DNA of 60,514 nt, filler included, from Dugesia japonica (lineage: Eukaryota), in assembly GCA_001938525.1 (NCBI GenBank). It is 5 parts of 5 records of this genome, joined end to end, with 100 filler letters (N's around TTAATTAATTAA, not from the genome) between each part and the next. Parts side by side here need not be neighbours in the genome. Positions count along the whole stretch, not along the records: positions 20,714 to 33,947 come from MQRL01509380.1; positions 34,048 to 43,417 come from MQRL01629674.1; 3 more parts are not named here. One strand, given 5' to 3'. The position numbers and the translations under genes were made by a program. The notes beneath the pieces are model-generated. The model saw only the letters and a program-made list of their open reading frames with translations. It was not told the origin of the DNA and searched no databases. Below, piece after piece: positions 24,311 through 34,709 of this stretch. How positions within the stretch are numbered: the stretch's first letter is position 1; every line of letters starts with the position of its first letter.

Positions 24311-25220
24311 AATCATTAACATCAGAATTCAACTCCATAAATTTATTAAAATAAAAACTATGTTTTACACTATTTTGTTTATTTAAACAAATTAAAAGCA
24401 TGTGTTTTCATTAGTGATCATTTTTCCAAATCGAAAACTGTACTTTATTTATTTAAATTTGATTTAATTTATTTCAAACATTTTATTTATTTATTTAAAA
24501 TTTAAGACAAATTTTTTTTTAAAAAAATTTTATTTATTAAAATTTACTTTATTATCCAATAATCATAATGGAATTCAAATGAAATTCCTCAAGAGATCAA
24601 TAGTATATATGTTTCGAGTAAATGTATTTATTTATTTTATTATTTAATATTTTCATTTAGGAGCCTCTGAAGATACAACGATTTACTTATAGTGTGTTGA
24701 TATCCGACATTGGTTCCAAAAACATGAATATTTTGAATTTATTATTCCAAAGAGTTGAACCAACAATTAAAATAAAGGATACAGTTTTCATCAATTTCAA
24801 TGATTCAAAATCGACAGTATTTGAAAAATTCCAACAATATATGATCCAGGTGGAAATACAGAGTCGAGAAAAATGGAAACAACATTAATTCAATTAATAG
24901 AAAAATTAACTCTCCAATTTAGAAAATTCGAGACAATTTGTAAATGTTGCTATTATAATAAATGTTATTTATTTCTTTGTCTTTTTAACTAAATCTATTT
25001 AAATCATTATATTTAAAAAGATTTACATATCAAATTAACTAAATAATGACTATCAAATAATAATAAGAATAAACTATTTAAAATAATAAATGAATCTTGA
25101 TATCAAATAAATTACTTAAAAACTATTAAATAATAACAACTATCAAATTAAATAAAAACTTTATTATAAATAACTAGCAAAGTAACTACATAAACAAGAA
25201 TCAATTATAATAACAAAAAT

Positions 25221-25516
25221 TTATTTAATCAAATTTATTAGCTTCTCAAGGAGCATATAACTACATCTGTAACACTCGTAATGGAAGCGTAGATATAGCT
25301 CTTTATAATAATCTTCTAATACTTTTTGGTAGTCTTCTTTTTTCAGGACCATTCTTTTTCTAAGTAAAATGATTGCGATAATATCTGAAAATAAAAATTA
25401 TAAATAATGAATAAAAAATTAAATATAACCTTTTTCATTAATCAGATCCTCCGGCCATCTGATTCTGCTGATTAAAGACAAGTTTTTTAAATCTCCTTGA
25501 TTTGAAATGTAGACAT
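25221..25516 (-). pseudogene. Small two-exon orphan gene remnant beside the Polinton ATPase
   Basis: ATG at 25516 and a 45-bp AT-rich GT..AG intron at 25429-25385. Exon 2 reads IIAIILLRKRMVLKKEDYQKVLEDYYKELYLRFHYECYRCSYMLLEKLINLIK*. Exon 1 contains stops. Confidence 0.4.
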
Positions 25517-25551
25517 TTTTTAAATTAACAACTGATTAAAATGAAATATTT

Positions 25552-25767
25552 AATGTGTTATATACAATTCTCTGTTTTACACAAATCGATCAAGATCAAA
25601 CAATTGTCGATTTTCTAGCATGATAGGGCTATCCTAATAATAGACAATTTCTTATTGAATCATTTCAAGATGCAACATTAAATTCACATGGCTATATTTT
25701 TCTCGACTTTACACAACAATTTCCAGACGAACTGAGGATGAGAACCGATATTTTCAATCCTGTATAA
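25552..25767 (+). pseudogene. Polinton/Maverick A32/FtsK-like packaging ATPase, C-terminal remnant
   Basis: YPNNRQFLIESFQDATLNSHGYIFLDFTQQFPDELRMRTDIFNP matches the conserved 'F...DAT..P(H/Y)GYL..D....P...RLRT.IF' end. Confidence 0.8.
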
Positions 25768-26032
25768 ACAAAATAAGTAATTATTATACTATTAAAATGA
25801 CAAAATTTAAGGAAATTGTAGTTGATCATATCAAAAAAATTCTTAAAATGAAGAAAGGTAAATGATCAAAGCGTATTGTAAAAAAGGAAAAGGGTGGAAA
25901 CCGGAAACAAAGTAAACATTTGAACATTTTTAAGAAACATTCGAAACTGTATGGTAAGAAAATGCCGAACGTAAACGTAAAATGAACATCATTATAAACA
26001 AATATGGGTAAGTTATATTATTAAAATATAAA

Positions 26033-26340
26033 ATGAATTTATAACAAAGTATTCCATTTTTATATCATTAATTCAATCTTCAAAATTGGCGATAATACAA
26101 ATTTTGAAATAATTTCCAACATTTTTTATGGATGATTTTATTGAAATTGTTATAAATATTATTTGCAAAAATGTAAATGTGAGTAATGCCAGAATAGAAG
26201 TATTGAAAAAACATAAAAGAAAGCTATTAACACTTGTAAAAATAAAAATTAGGAAATTGATGAGACGAGTAATACGAGATAATACGAGGCTTTATAGCAG
26301 CATAACTACCAATTGCCTTAGCAACACTAGGATTAACTCA
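26033..26340 (+). pseudogene. Small conserved Polinton/adintovirus core protein
   Basis: IEIVINIICKNVNVSNARIEVLKKHKRKLLTL, then in a shifted frame RGFIAA*LPIALA (GGF-xx-LLP-like). Lies between the ATPase and the integrase. Confidence 0.6.
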
Positions 26341-26489
26341 TTTCGAATAAACAATTGATTGTTTTATAGAAGTATTATAAGGATAAACTCATTCAAAATA
26401 AACAATGGGTGGTTTCCAATCATTACCTAATTTTGATTTCAAATTTTCATCTTAATTGTTGTAATTGGCAAACTAAAGACGAAATGGAC

Positions 26490-26825
26490 GGATGCAGAAA
26501 ATCCCTCAGGTTTTCGTGGCGTAGAAAAATAGATGAAAGCTGCACAAAAAAACAAAGACCAAAAAGTGGTTATCGGGTCAACTAGCGTACAAGTTTGAAC
26601 AAACCATTGTTGAAAAGATTTCCTACAAGGGCATATAAAATGTTTGGTATTGATGATTTATGGCAAATGGAATTGATGGATATGATCACGTATTCAAAAA
26701 TAAATAAAGGATACAAGTATATTTTGACATGTATTGATGTATTCAGTCGATTTGCAAGAGCTATTCCAGTCAAATCAAAATCCGCTAATGATATGGAACG
26801 GACAATTAAGTCAATTTTAAAATTA
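26490..26825 (+). pseudogene. Polinton retroviral-like integrase, N-terminal part
   Basis: ENPSGFRGVEK...KPLLKRFPTR...GIDDLWQMELMDM...NKGYKYILTCIDVFSRFARAIPVKSKS. Similarity ends at ~26825. Confidence 0.92.
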
Positions 26826-27309
26826 AAAATTAAAGCGAATAACTGTTATCATTCTGATTATATATTCTATTCCAGAAGATATATAAATGCATATTTTTAG
26901 TAAATTTATTATATATAAACCATTTTGTTTGGAAAAACCCCTTTACACCAATTCATTTAGTTAAACATTAAAACTAATTCAACTTAAACAAACAAAAATT
27001 CATCATTTTAACACAAAATATAAACCAATTACAGTATAATATCAATTTATAAAAAACCTTAGTTAAACCATTATTTGTATTTAATTTTTTCAAAAAATGA
27101 GGTAGATTAGTTAAATTTTATTTACATTTTGTCTTTTAATAAAACTCAAAACCAATTACCAAAATTTTAAGTTAAATTATTACATTTTTATCAAAAAACA
27201 TTAAAATCATAATTTTCTTACTCTTTAATTGACTCTTTACCTCTTTTTTTTACATCTTTACATCTTTACATCTTTAAAAATTCATCTAATCAATTACTAA
27301 ATACTTAAA

Positions 27310-28520
27310 ATGTCTACTAGAATCGAAACATTTAAAAAACAATTTTCATTTGTTGAAATTTATTTTTCAAGAATTAAACCCACTTCAATTGAAATTCTTA
27401 AATCAAGTTTAGATCTTATTATTAATGAAATTGTAACAGATATTAAAACAGAAAAAGTAGAAACTAAACTTGAAGAATTAGAAACTAAACTTGATAAAAT
27501 TGAAAAAGAATACTCTGAAGTTTCTAATTCTAAAATAAAAAATTAATATTGAAGATTCTGATTCTGATTCGGAATTAGATCTTGAAGCTTTAATAAATAA
27601 ATAACTTGAAGCCAGTTTTTATAAAATGGAAAGTGAAAATATTCAATTTAATCTTTCATTTTCTGAAGAAGGTATATGGTTGTAAAAGAAAATATTGAAG
27701 TAATTGATAAACCAATCCCTAAAAGTCCCATTATTGAAAAAGTTGAAGTTGAAAATAAAAGTGATTCAGATGTTGAAAATGAATTAGAAGTTGAAGTTGA
27801 AATTCCAACAACCTTTAAAGAAATTACAACAACTTCTAAAAAATTTGTAAAGTGTTCCAAGAAAACAAAAAATAAAGTTTCAGTATTAAAACAAAATAAA
27901 ATACTAGTATTAAAACAAAAAGGAACAAGTACAAATATAAATCAGAATAAAATAACTCCTTTTTCACAATTGGAAAAAGATGTTATTAAAAGAGGAAAAC
28001 TTGATAGAAAAGAATTTGTTCCTTTAGAAAGTGATGATGATATTTTTCAAGTAGATTAGATTTTAAGCAAGAGTTTTTAAGATCTTTCAATTCAAAACCA
28101 TTTCATTCAGTTATTTTAAAAGAAGAAGCAAATAAAAAAATTTTAAGTGTTTGTGAATTTTCTTCAGATACTTACAAATCATTTGATAGAAAAAGAATTA
28201 CTGAAGAAATTTATTATTGGGATGAAGTAATAACTAAAAGTAAACAAATTAGGTTAATTGGATATTCTAAATTAGGCAAATTATTATCAATTTTAAAAGA
28301 ACAATTTAATAAAAATTCTGATTTTAAAAATTATTTATCTGGAAGAGAAATTCGTTATTCAGAAAATTATATAAACAGATTAATTAGATTTAGTAATTTA
28401 GTTGATAAGTTTCCAAAACTAGTGACAAGTAAATTTTCTTTTTACAAAATACATAATAATTTTAAAAAATTGAAGAAATTATAGATGAAGAAATTAAAAA
28501 TGAAAAAGAAAATTAATAAA
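27310..28520 (+). pseudogene. Orphan ~400-aa protein broken by stops and frameshifts (coiled coil, acidic linker, globular C-terminus)
   Basis: ORFs 27310-27546 and 27676-28059, plus an unlisted frame ~28110-28485 (IYYWDEVI...FKNYLSGREIRYSENYINRLIRFSNLVDKFPKL), share strand and composition. Confidence 0.55.
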
Positions 28521-28541
28521 ATAAAAATAGGATAAAAAAAT

Positions 28542-28571
28542 AAAGCGGTTCACAAGTGTACCGTTTTTTTT
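28542..28571. terminator. Hairpin plus T-run downstream of the + strand orphan gene
   Basis: aaagcggttcac-aa-gtgtaccgtttttttt. Terminator function is inferred. Confidence 0.35.
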
Positions 28572-28911
28572 AATTTAAAACAACTTTAAAAATTAAAAAA
28601 TAAAAAAGTAGTTACCAATAGATAAACAAATATTAGTAATCTGTTTTTATTTTCCACAAAATTTGAAACTTCTTAAATTTATAAAACATATTTTCTAAAG
28701 TTTTCTAAAAGGAAATTATTAAAAAGAACAAGTTTATTCTTATCTTTAATTTTTTTAAATTAAAACAAGTAAGAAGTTTTATAAACCTGTGACTGCAGTC
28801 ACAACTTTAATATTAAAATTTCAACAAGCAGAAAAAGGTAAAAATAGATATATCCTTTATTTACAACTTTAATATTAAAATTTCATCAAATTTCAAAAGA
28901 AAAAAGATGTT

Positions 28912-29442
28912 TTAGTTTCTATCTGCATCATTTATAATATCTTCAAACATCATTCTTCCAGTTTCATTTTGATTTTTTCTTGATTTCTTATTTTTTAAAT
29001 TTGAATTGGGATTACTTGAAATGGAATTACTTTTTAATTTTATTGATGTAAAATTATTTCTTTTATCAGTTAAAGTATATTTGGGTAAAACTTCTATCAA
29101 TTCAAAATTATTTGTTTTAACATTAAAAACATAATCTACATAATTATTTTTAATAAATTTATTTGTTTGTTCATCAAAAGAATATTTTACTCTTGGATAT
29201 CTTTTTACTAGTGGTTTTAAATTTAATTCCCTTAAAGTTTTATTTAATTTTCGAATTGTAATACCCATTTCTTTAGCAATAGCAGAATCTTTTAAATTTG
29301 GTTTTTTAAAATTCAATTCTTGATATTTTTCAACTAAATAAATTTTCTGGGATTTAATTGATAGTGACTCATCAAAAGTATTTGCACAATCAATTGAATC
29401 ATTAATATTAACACTCAAATCTTTTCTACTTTCCATTTTCAT
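28912..29442 (-). CDS. HTH-containing orphan protein
   Basis: Intact 176-aa ORF. PNLKDSAIAKEMGITIRKLNKTLREL is a classic HTH pattern, and the C-terminus is basic. Confidence 0.65.
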   Translation of the reverse strand: MKMESRKDLSVNINDSIDCANTFDESLSIKSQKIYLVEKYQELNFKKPNLKDSAIAKEMGITIRKLNKTLRELNLKPLVKRYPRVKYSFDEQTNKFIKNNYVDYVFNVKTNNFELIEVLPKYTLTDKRNNFTSIKLKSNSISSNPNSNLKNKKSRKNQNETGRMMFEDIINDADRN

Positions 29443-29680
29443 TAGTAAAAAAATAAGAATTTATAAGTGGAATTATATTTTCTAATAAATTTTGAATTAT
29501 ATAAACAATTATATATGGAATTGCAATTGGAATTAAACAAACAATTAGACAAATGATAATAACTAAAAATATAATTAAATTTTTTTGTTGTTCAAATAAT
29601 TTATTTAAGTTAATATAATTATTTACAAAACTATGCATTTCTTTAGTATTAATCTCTTTAGTATTTATTTCCCTAGTCAT
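29426..29680 (-). CDS. Small membrane protein
   Basis: 84 aa with the hydrophobic run LIIFLVIIICLIVCLIPIAIPYIIVYII. Overlaps the start of the HTH ORF. Confidence 0.5.
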   Translation of the reverse strand: MTREINTKEINTKEMHSFVNNYINLNKLFEQQKNLIIFLVIIICLIVCLIPIAIPYIIVYIIQNLLENIIPLINSYFFTNENGK

Positions 29681-29693
29681 TTTGTAAAAGAAA

Positions 29694-29925
29694 TTATTGA
29701 ACTGTTTGTTTGATTTTCTTATTTAGTTTTCTCATTGTATCTTTTATTTGTTTATTTTTAATATTATTATTTTTGATTTTACTTTTTAGCTTTTCATTTT
29801 GGCACTTCGTTTGCGTCAGTTCAATTTTATGATTTTCTAATTCACTTTGTAATTTATTAATTATATTATCAGCTAAACTAATTGCTTGTTTATATAATCC
29901 AAACTTTGGGTAAATTTCCTGAATA
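29694..29925 (-). pseudogene. Coiled-coil protein C-terminus joined to the truncated PolB by a deletion
   Basis: LADNIINKLQSELENHKIELTQTKCQNEKLKSK shows heptad pattern. Confidence 0.45.
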
Positions 29926-32900
29926 ATGAATTTTATGCTTTCCTGGTATTTCATTATCCATCTGATTATAAATAAAATCATAAATTATTTCTTTAGCATA
30001 TTCTAAAATAGTAAATCCTATGTAAGGAAATTTATTATATTTTAATTTAGTTTTATAAAGATGAACTGCTGCTATTTGAACTTCTGAAGGTCCATGGGCC
30101 TCTGTAAATATTTTACTAGATTTAAAATGAATTTTACTTGCAAACTTTTGATAATCTTTATCGTTATCTACAATTTCGACATTACATCTATTTCTAATAT
30201 TTTCTAAAGTTTTCCCATAAAAAGCATTTTTTAATAATTTAAAGAATACATCCCCAAAACATCGTTATTTCTTTTAGCTTCATTTCTTTGATTGATATTA
30301 AATTCTATATAATCTTTTAACCAAGGTTTTGTTGGCATTTTATATTTTGTATGGATTTTTTTAATTTTAATCTCTAGAGATAAATACAAATCTAAAGTAC
30401 TTCCTAAAATAATATCATTTTGTTTATCAAATTGATTCAATGTTAATTTAGTATTTTTCTTGGATAACTTTTTACTAAAGCTTAATTGATAAGGTGCTAA
30501 CATTTTTTTTGTAATATTTAAAGGATCTGGTGCTAATGGAAAGTATTTAGTTTTTTCATGGATTTCTTTTGGATATTCTAAATCAACTTCATAAACATAA
30601 TTAATATCTTTAGTTGATTTAGTTTAAATTAAATCCTTACATTCATAGATTTCACCTGTTGGTTAAGGTTTTGTCATAGAACTAGTATACAAAGAATTTT
30701 CATCTAAATAGTTTAAAAATGTTTCTTCTTTCCAATTTGTTGGTGGAATTTTATTTTTAATAAATAAAAATAATATATCTCCAACTTGTGCTTTGTTAAA
30801 TTGTCTAGTTCTTTTAAATCTATTATTCGATTTTTGATTATTGGAAAATACTTGTCTTTCACCACAAACACCAGAATAACCACCCTTAACTCCTCTTTCT
30901 ATTTTAATAACTCTATCATAAGTTTCTTTTTGTGCATATTTTAGTTTTACTTGAGTAAATTTCATACCAGCATTCCAAGTTAATCCTGGAGCTGAATAAC
31001 AATAACTTGGATCAATTTAATAAATATTTAAACATGTTTCTCTAAACTTTTTAAAGTAATTAGCTAAAATAAATTACATCTAGTTTCATGTAATGTAACA
31101 TTTATTCCCATAAATTATTGAATTGATTAAAATCTTGTAAAAATTCATCCTATTCTTGATCATTTATTTGTTTTTGTCTTAATATTTTATCAAAATCTTG
31201 TTTCGATGAAATTATTTCTTTTTTTAATAATTCAATTGCTTGATTAATATTTTCTCCTTAAACATATCCATAAGGAAATTGTATTTTCTTTGGTTTTAAA
31301 TTAAAAGATTTTAAATGATTATATTTCATTTAATGTTTCACCCATTTTCTCAACTGAAGTTTGTGTACACATTCTTGCTGAATCTAAAAATCAAATATTT
31401 TCATATTGAAAAGAAATTTTAACTTCATCTGAATGTGGAATTATCTTTTTAACTTTCCCTGGATATTTACTAATTAATTCTTTAAAAAATAAATGATTAT
31501 CGTAACCTAAAGCATTGTGAAAATATAAAGGCATAAATACATTTTTTATTGATTTATCTTGTAAATTACATTTTGAATGAGTATAACCTCTGAATTCCCC
31601 ATTAAAGTGATCGTGATCCAAAACTAGTTTTTCATTTTTTGTTAACTCTTTATCGCAATATCTGGATTTAGTTCCTTGCTCAAGTTTTGGTTTCTCACCC
31701 ATATAAATAGGATTTAATTTATTTTCTTTTATATCTTTTAATTTAATATTTAATTCATTTAAAAATTCAAAGAAATCTTCATGAACACTTTCACCTGAAA
31801 ATGCTTTGTATTCAATTTTTAATTAACTGTTGATATTTACTCACTACATAAATTCCTAATGATAAAGATTTTTGTTTCTTTGTGTTAATATTAGTCCAAC
31901 TTTCGAAATCAGCATCAACTACAAATGGTATTTTATTTTTGTAATAATAATTTTGATAATAATAACTAGAATGTTTAGAAAAAACTATATTACTAATTTC
32001 ATGATTTATACATTCATTTTGGTGTTTAATTAATAAATCTTTATTAGAATAACAATTCATACATCTAATACATAAATGATTATGATGTTTGTTAATTGTA
32101 TAAAATATTTGTACATCTCTACATAAAATAAAATGATTTTTATAAACTAATAAATTACATTTATTCTGCTCTACTCTGGGTTTAGTTTCATAATGTGAAA
32201 TATATAAAGGTTCAAGTTGTTTAGACTCGGTTACAAGAAATACATTTATTTTCCATTCATTTAACTTTTCAAATTTTTTCACATAATCAATATTTACTGG
32301 AAATTTAATTCCAGTTGTTTTTAACTCATCAAAATAAGGAATATATTTTTCTACTCTAGTTTGATGATCTTTAAATACATGTTTATGAGCTAAAATTGAA
32401 TATAAAAAACATTTTTCATTTTTATTTTCAATATTAATTACTCCTTGTTTAATAAAAGGTAAGATAAGATAATTTCCCTCCAGCTAAAGATTGATATTTT
32501 GATAATTCAATTTTAAAATCTACGATATAACTTAAATTCCATCCACTTTCATTTCAATCTTCATCTTCCATAAATCTTTGAAGTTGATTTAAAATATCAT
32601 TGACACCTTCATTAATTTCACTTACTAATGTATATTGCTTATTATTCGAATACGAATTAAAAATTCTTTCAACATTTTCACCGTTTACATCTTTATTATA
32701 ATTACAAATAACATTCATTCGAACAATAATCTTTTTCCCATAATTGAAATATTTGGTAATTATTTCTAAGATTTCAGATTGAAATTCATTAATCATTTTT
32801 ACTGGTATTTTCAAAGATTCAAGATTTCTAGTTAATTTAACTTTACTTTCTTTAAAATATTCAATTTCATAATCTTTGTAAATTCTGAAGATATCACGAA

Positions 32901-33060
32901 TTTCTGGATCGAAATGAATTACTTCTTCTCCAGGTAATTCATCAAATAATATTTGATTAACCATTTCTTTATGTTTATTCGAATTGAAATGTGCTTTTGC
33001 ATGATTTTGACTTGCAAAATTTTTATTGCAAATTTCACAAAACTTTCTCTGAATTACCAC
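29920..33060 (-). pseudogene. Protein-primed family B DNA polymerase (HNH/endonuclease VII-containing type) with N-terminal C2H2 zinc finger; frameshifted, motif C lost
   Basis: C2H2 finger FCEICNKNF...HFNSNKH; GVINIENKNEKCFLYSILA; ExoI ADFES; DHDHFNGEFRGYTHSKCNL; ExoII FHNALGYDNH; motif A YLDENSLY; motif B NAFYGKT; YIGFTILEYAK. Confidence 0.93.
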
Positions 33061-33191
33061 AATTAGTGGAATTCAAATAGATCTAAAAATAGATCTAAAA
33101 GTATTTAAACATTTTAAACAAGTTAACATTGCTCTGTTTAAAAGACGAAATTTCGATCTAATATGAGCTGTTAGACCTGATTTGTTTTTAA

Positions 33192-33294
33192 AAACCTTTT
33201 TGCAAAGATTATTTGGACAAAAAAGAATAAACACTATTATGTAAAATGGCATGGATATTAAAAATCTACTTGGTTAGTTAATAATGACATCTAA
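33192..33294 (+). pseudogene. Chromodomain C-terminus of the Polinton integrase
   Basis: KIIWTKKNKHYYVKWHGY*KSTWL fits chromo YxVKWxGY...xW. Its stop overlaps the start of the penton ORF. Confidence 0.75.
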
Positions 33295-33906
33295 TAATTT
33301 TTATACACTTTTACTTAGTAATAGCTGTCATTTTATTCATCCAAATCATAATGCTAGTAAATTCATTGTTGAGCTTCAAAATCCGATTTATATGGATGGT
33401 AGTTGGGAAGTAGCATTGTTGNNNNNNNNNNNNNNNNNNNNNNNNNNNNNNNNNNNNNNNNNNNNNNNNNNNNNNNNNNNNNNNNNNNNNNNNNNNNNNN
33501 NNNNNNNNNNNNNNNNNNNNNNNNNNNNNNNNNNNNNNNNNNNNNNNNNNNNNNNNNNNNNNNNNNNNNNNNNNNNNNNNNNNNNNNNNNNNNNNNNNNN
33601 NNNNNNNNNNNNNNNNNNNNNNNNNNNAAACATTGGGATTAGAAAAACAAAAATATTCTCATGCAGAATTGAAAGATGGTATATTGCAAGGTATTAGAAA
33701 TCCGAAAATAATTAAGTTCCATCAACATATGTTCATCTATAGTAGTATTGTTGAATCAATAATTGTAGATGTTAAAGTTCATCTTTTGAAATCGTTATGA
33801 ATAGAAAATTATGAAACTGATGAAGTAATACAAAAAATAATTGATAATCCATTATATTTACCGATTGCAACATGTATAAACAATATAGAAATTAATATTC
33901 GTAATG
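33284..33906 (+). pseudogene. Polinton/adintovirus minor capsid (penton) protein
   Basis: FYTLLLSNS...PNHNASKFIVELQNPIYMDGSWEVAL and, after the gap, MFIYSSIVESIIV...DNPLYLPI...NNIEINIRN. Cut off at 33907. Confidence 0.85.
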
Positions 33907-33947
33907 AGTAGGTAGATAGTGGCGCACTGGATCACTTGCATGGCGCT
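33907..33947 (+). mobile_element. Polinton-like left terminus interrupting the penton gene
   Basis: agtaggtagatagtggcgcactgga is the exact reverse complement of 10127-10151. Confidence 0.7.
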
Positions 33948-34047
33948 NNNNNNNNNNNNNNNNNNNNNNNNNNNNNNNNNNNNNNNNNNNNTTAATTAAT
34001 TAANNNNNNNNNNNNNNNNNNNNNNNNNNNNNNNNNNNNNNNNNNNN
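33948..34047. other. Artificial assembly linker
   Basis: N44-TTAATTAATTAA-N44. Confidence 0.95.
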
Positions 34048-34709
34048 ATAGTGACAGGAGACTCTGCCAGGCTCAACAACTTATCTTCCACATAAATAAA
34101 TAATTCCCTTAAAATAAAATAGTAATAATATAACAGATTAGCCCCCATAACACTCCCCAACAGATGTATTTCACTTAGTTTGTTTATTTCTGAGGTTTTG
34201 ATTGGACTCAAGCACGAATCTACAGGGAGGCGATGGGCACGATTTCTTTCTATAGCTAGATTTTTAAAAGGCTATACGACGATAAGGAACGACTATTCAC
34301 ATGAATATTAAAATGGTAGGATGAAAAAATAAAGAAGAAATGATTAAAAACAATTTTATGTCTAAAAATCAAAGTCATCATCGTCGTCATGCGATTCAAG
34401 AGACAATGGTCATTTTATTAATAGAAAGGGTGATCTAGATGACATAACCAAATACAACATCATTAAAAATTCTTGATATTCATCTTAAACTTTTTAAATT
34501 GCGTTTTCTGTTCACTAAAAGTGTAACATTGAAGAAAAGAGGTATATGCAACAAAATCATACTTTAAATCATAAATGGTTCGTATTTCCAATATTTATAA
34601 AGACCTCTTCTTCAAATATTGTATACTATTTGCTTATTTTTGTGATGCTAATAGAAAAATTAAAGTAAAAAGATTTGTGGCAAAACCATTGCAAAATTAT
34701 TAAGAAAGG

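Noticed and set aside
10127-33931. Single element bounded by the perfect 25-bp inverted match
   Set aside because: The ends face outward rather than inward and are separated by two artificial linkers.
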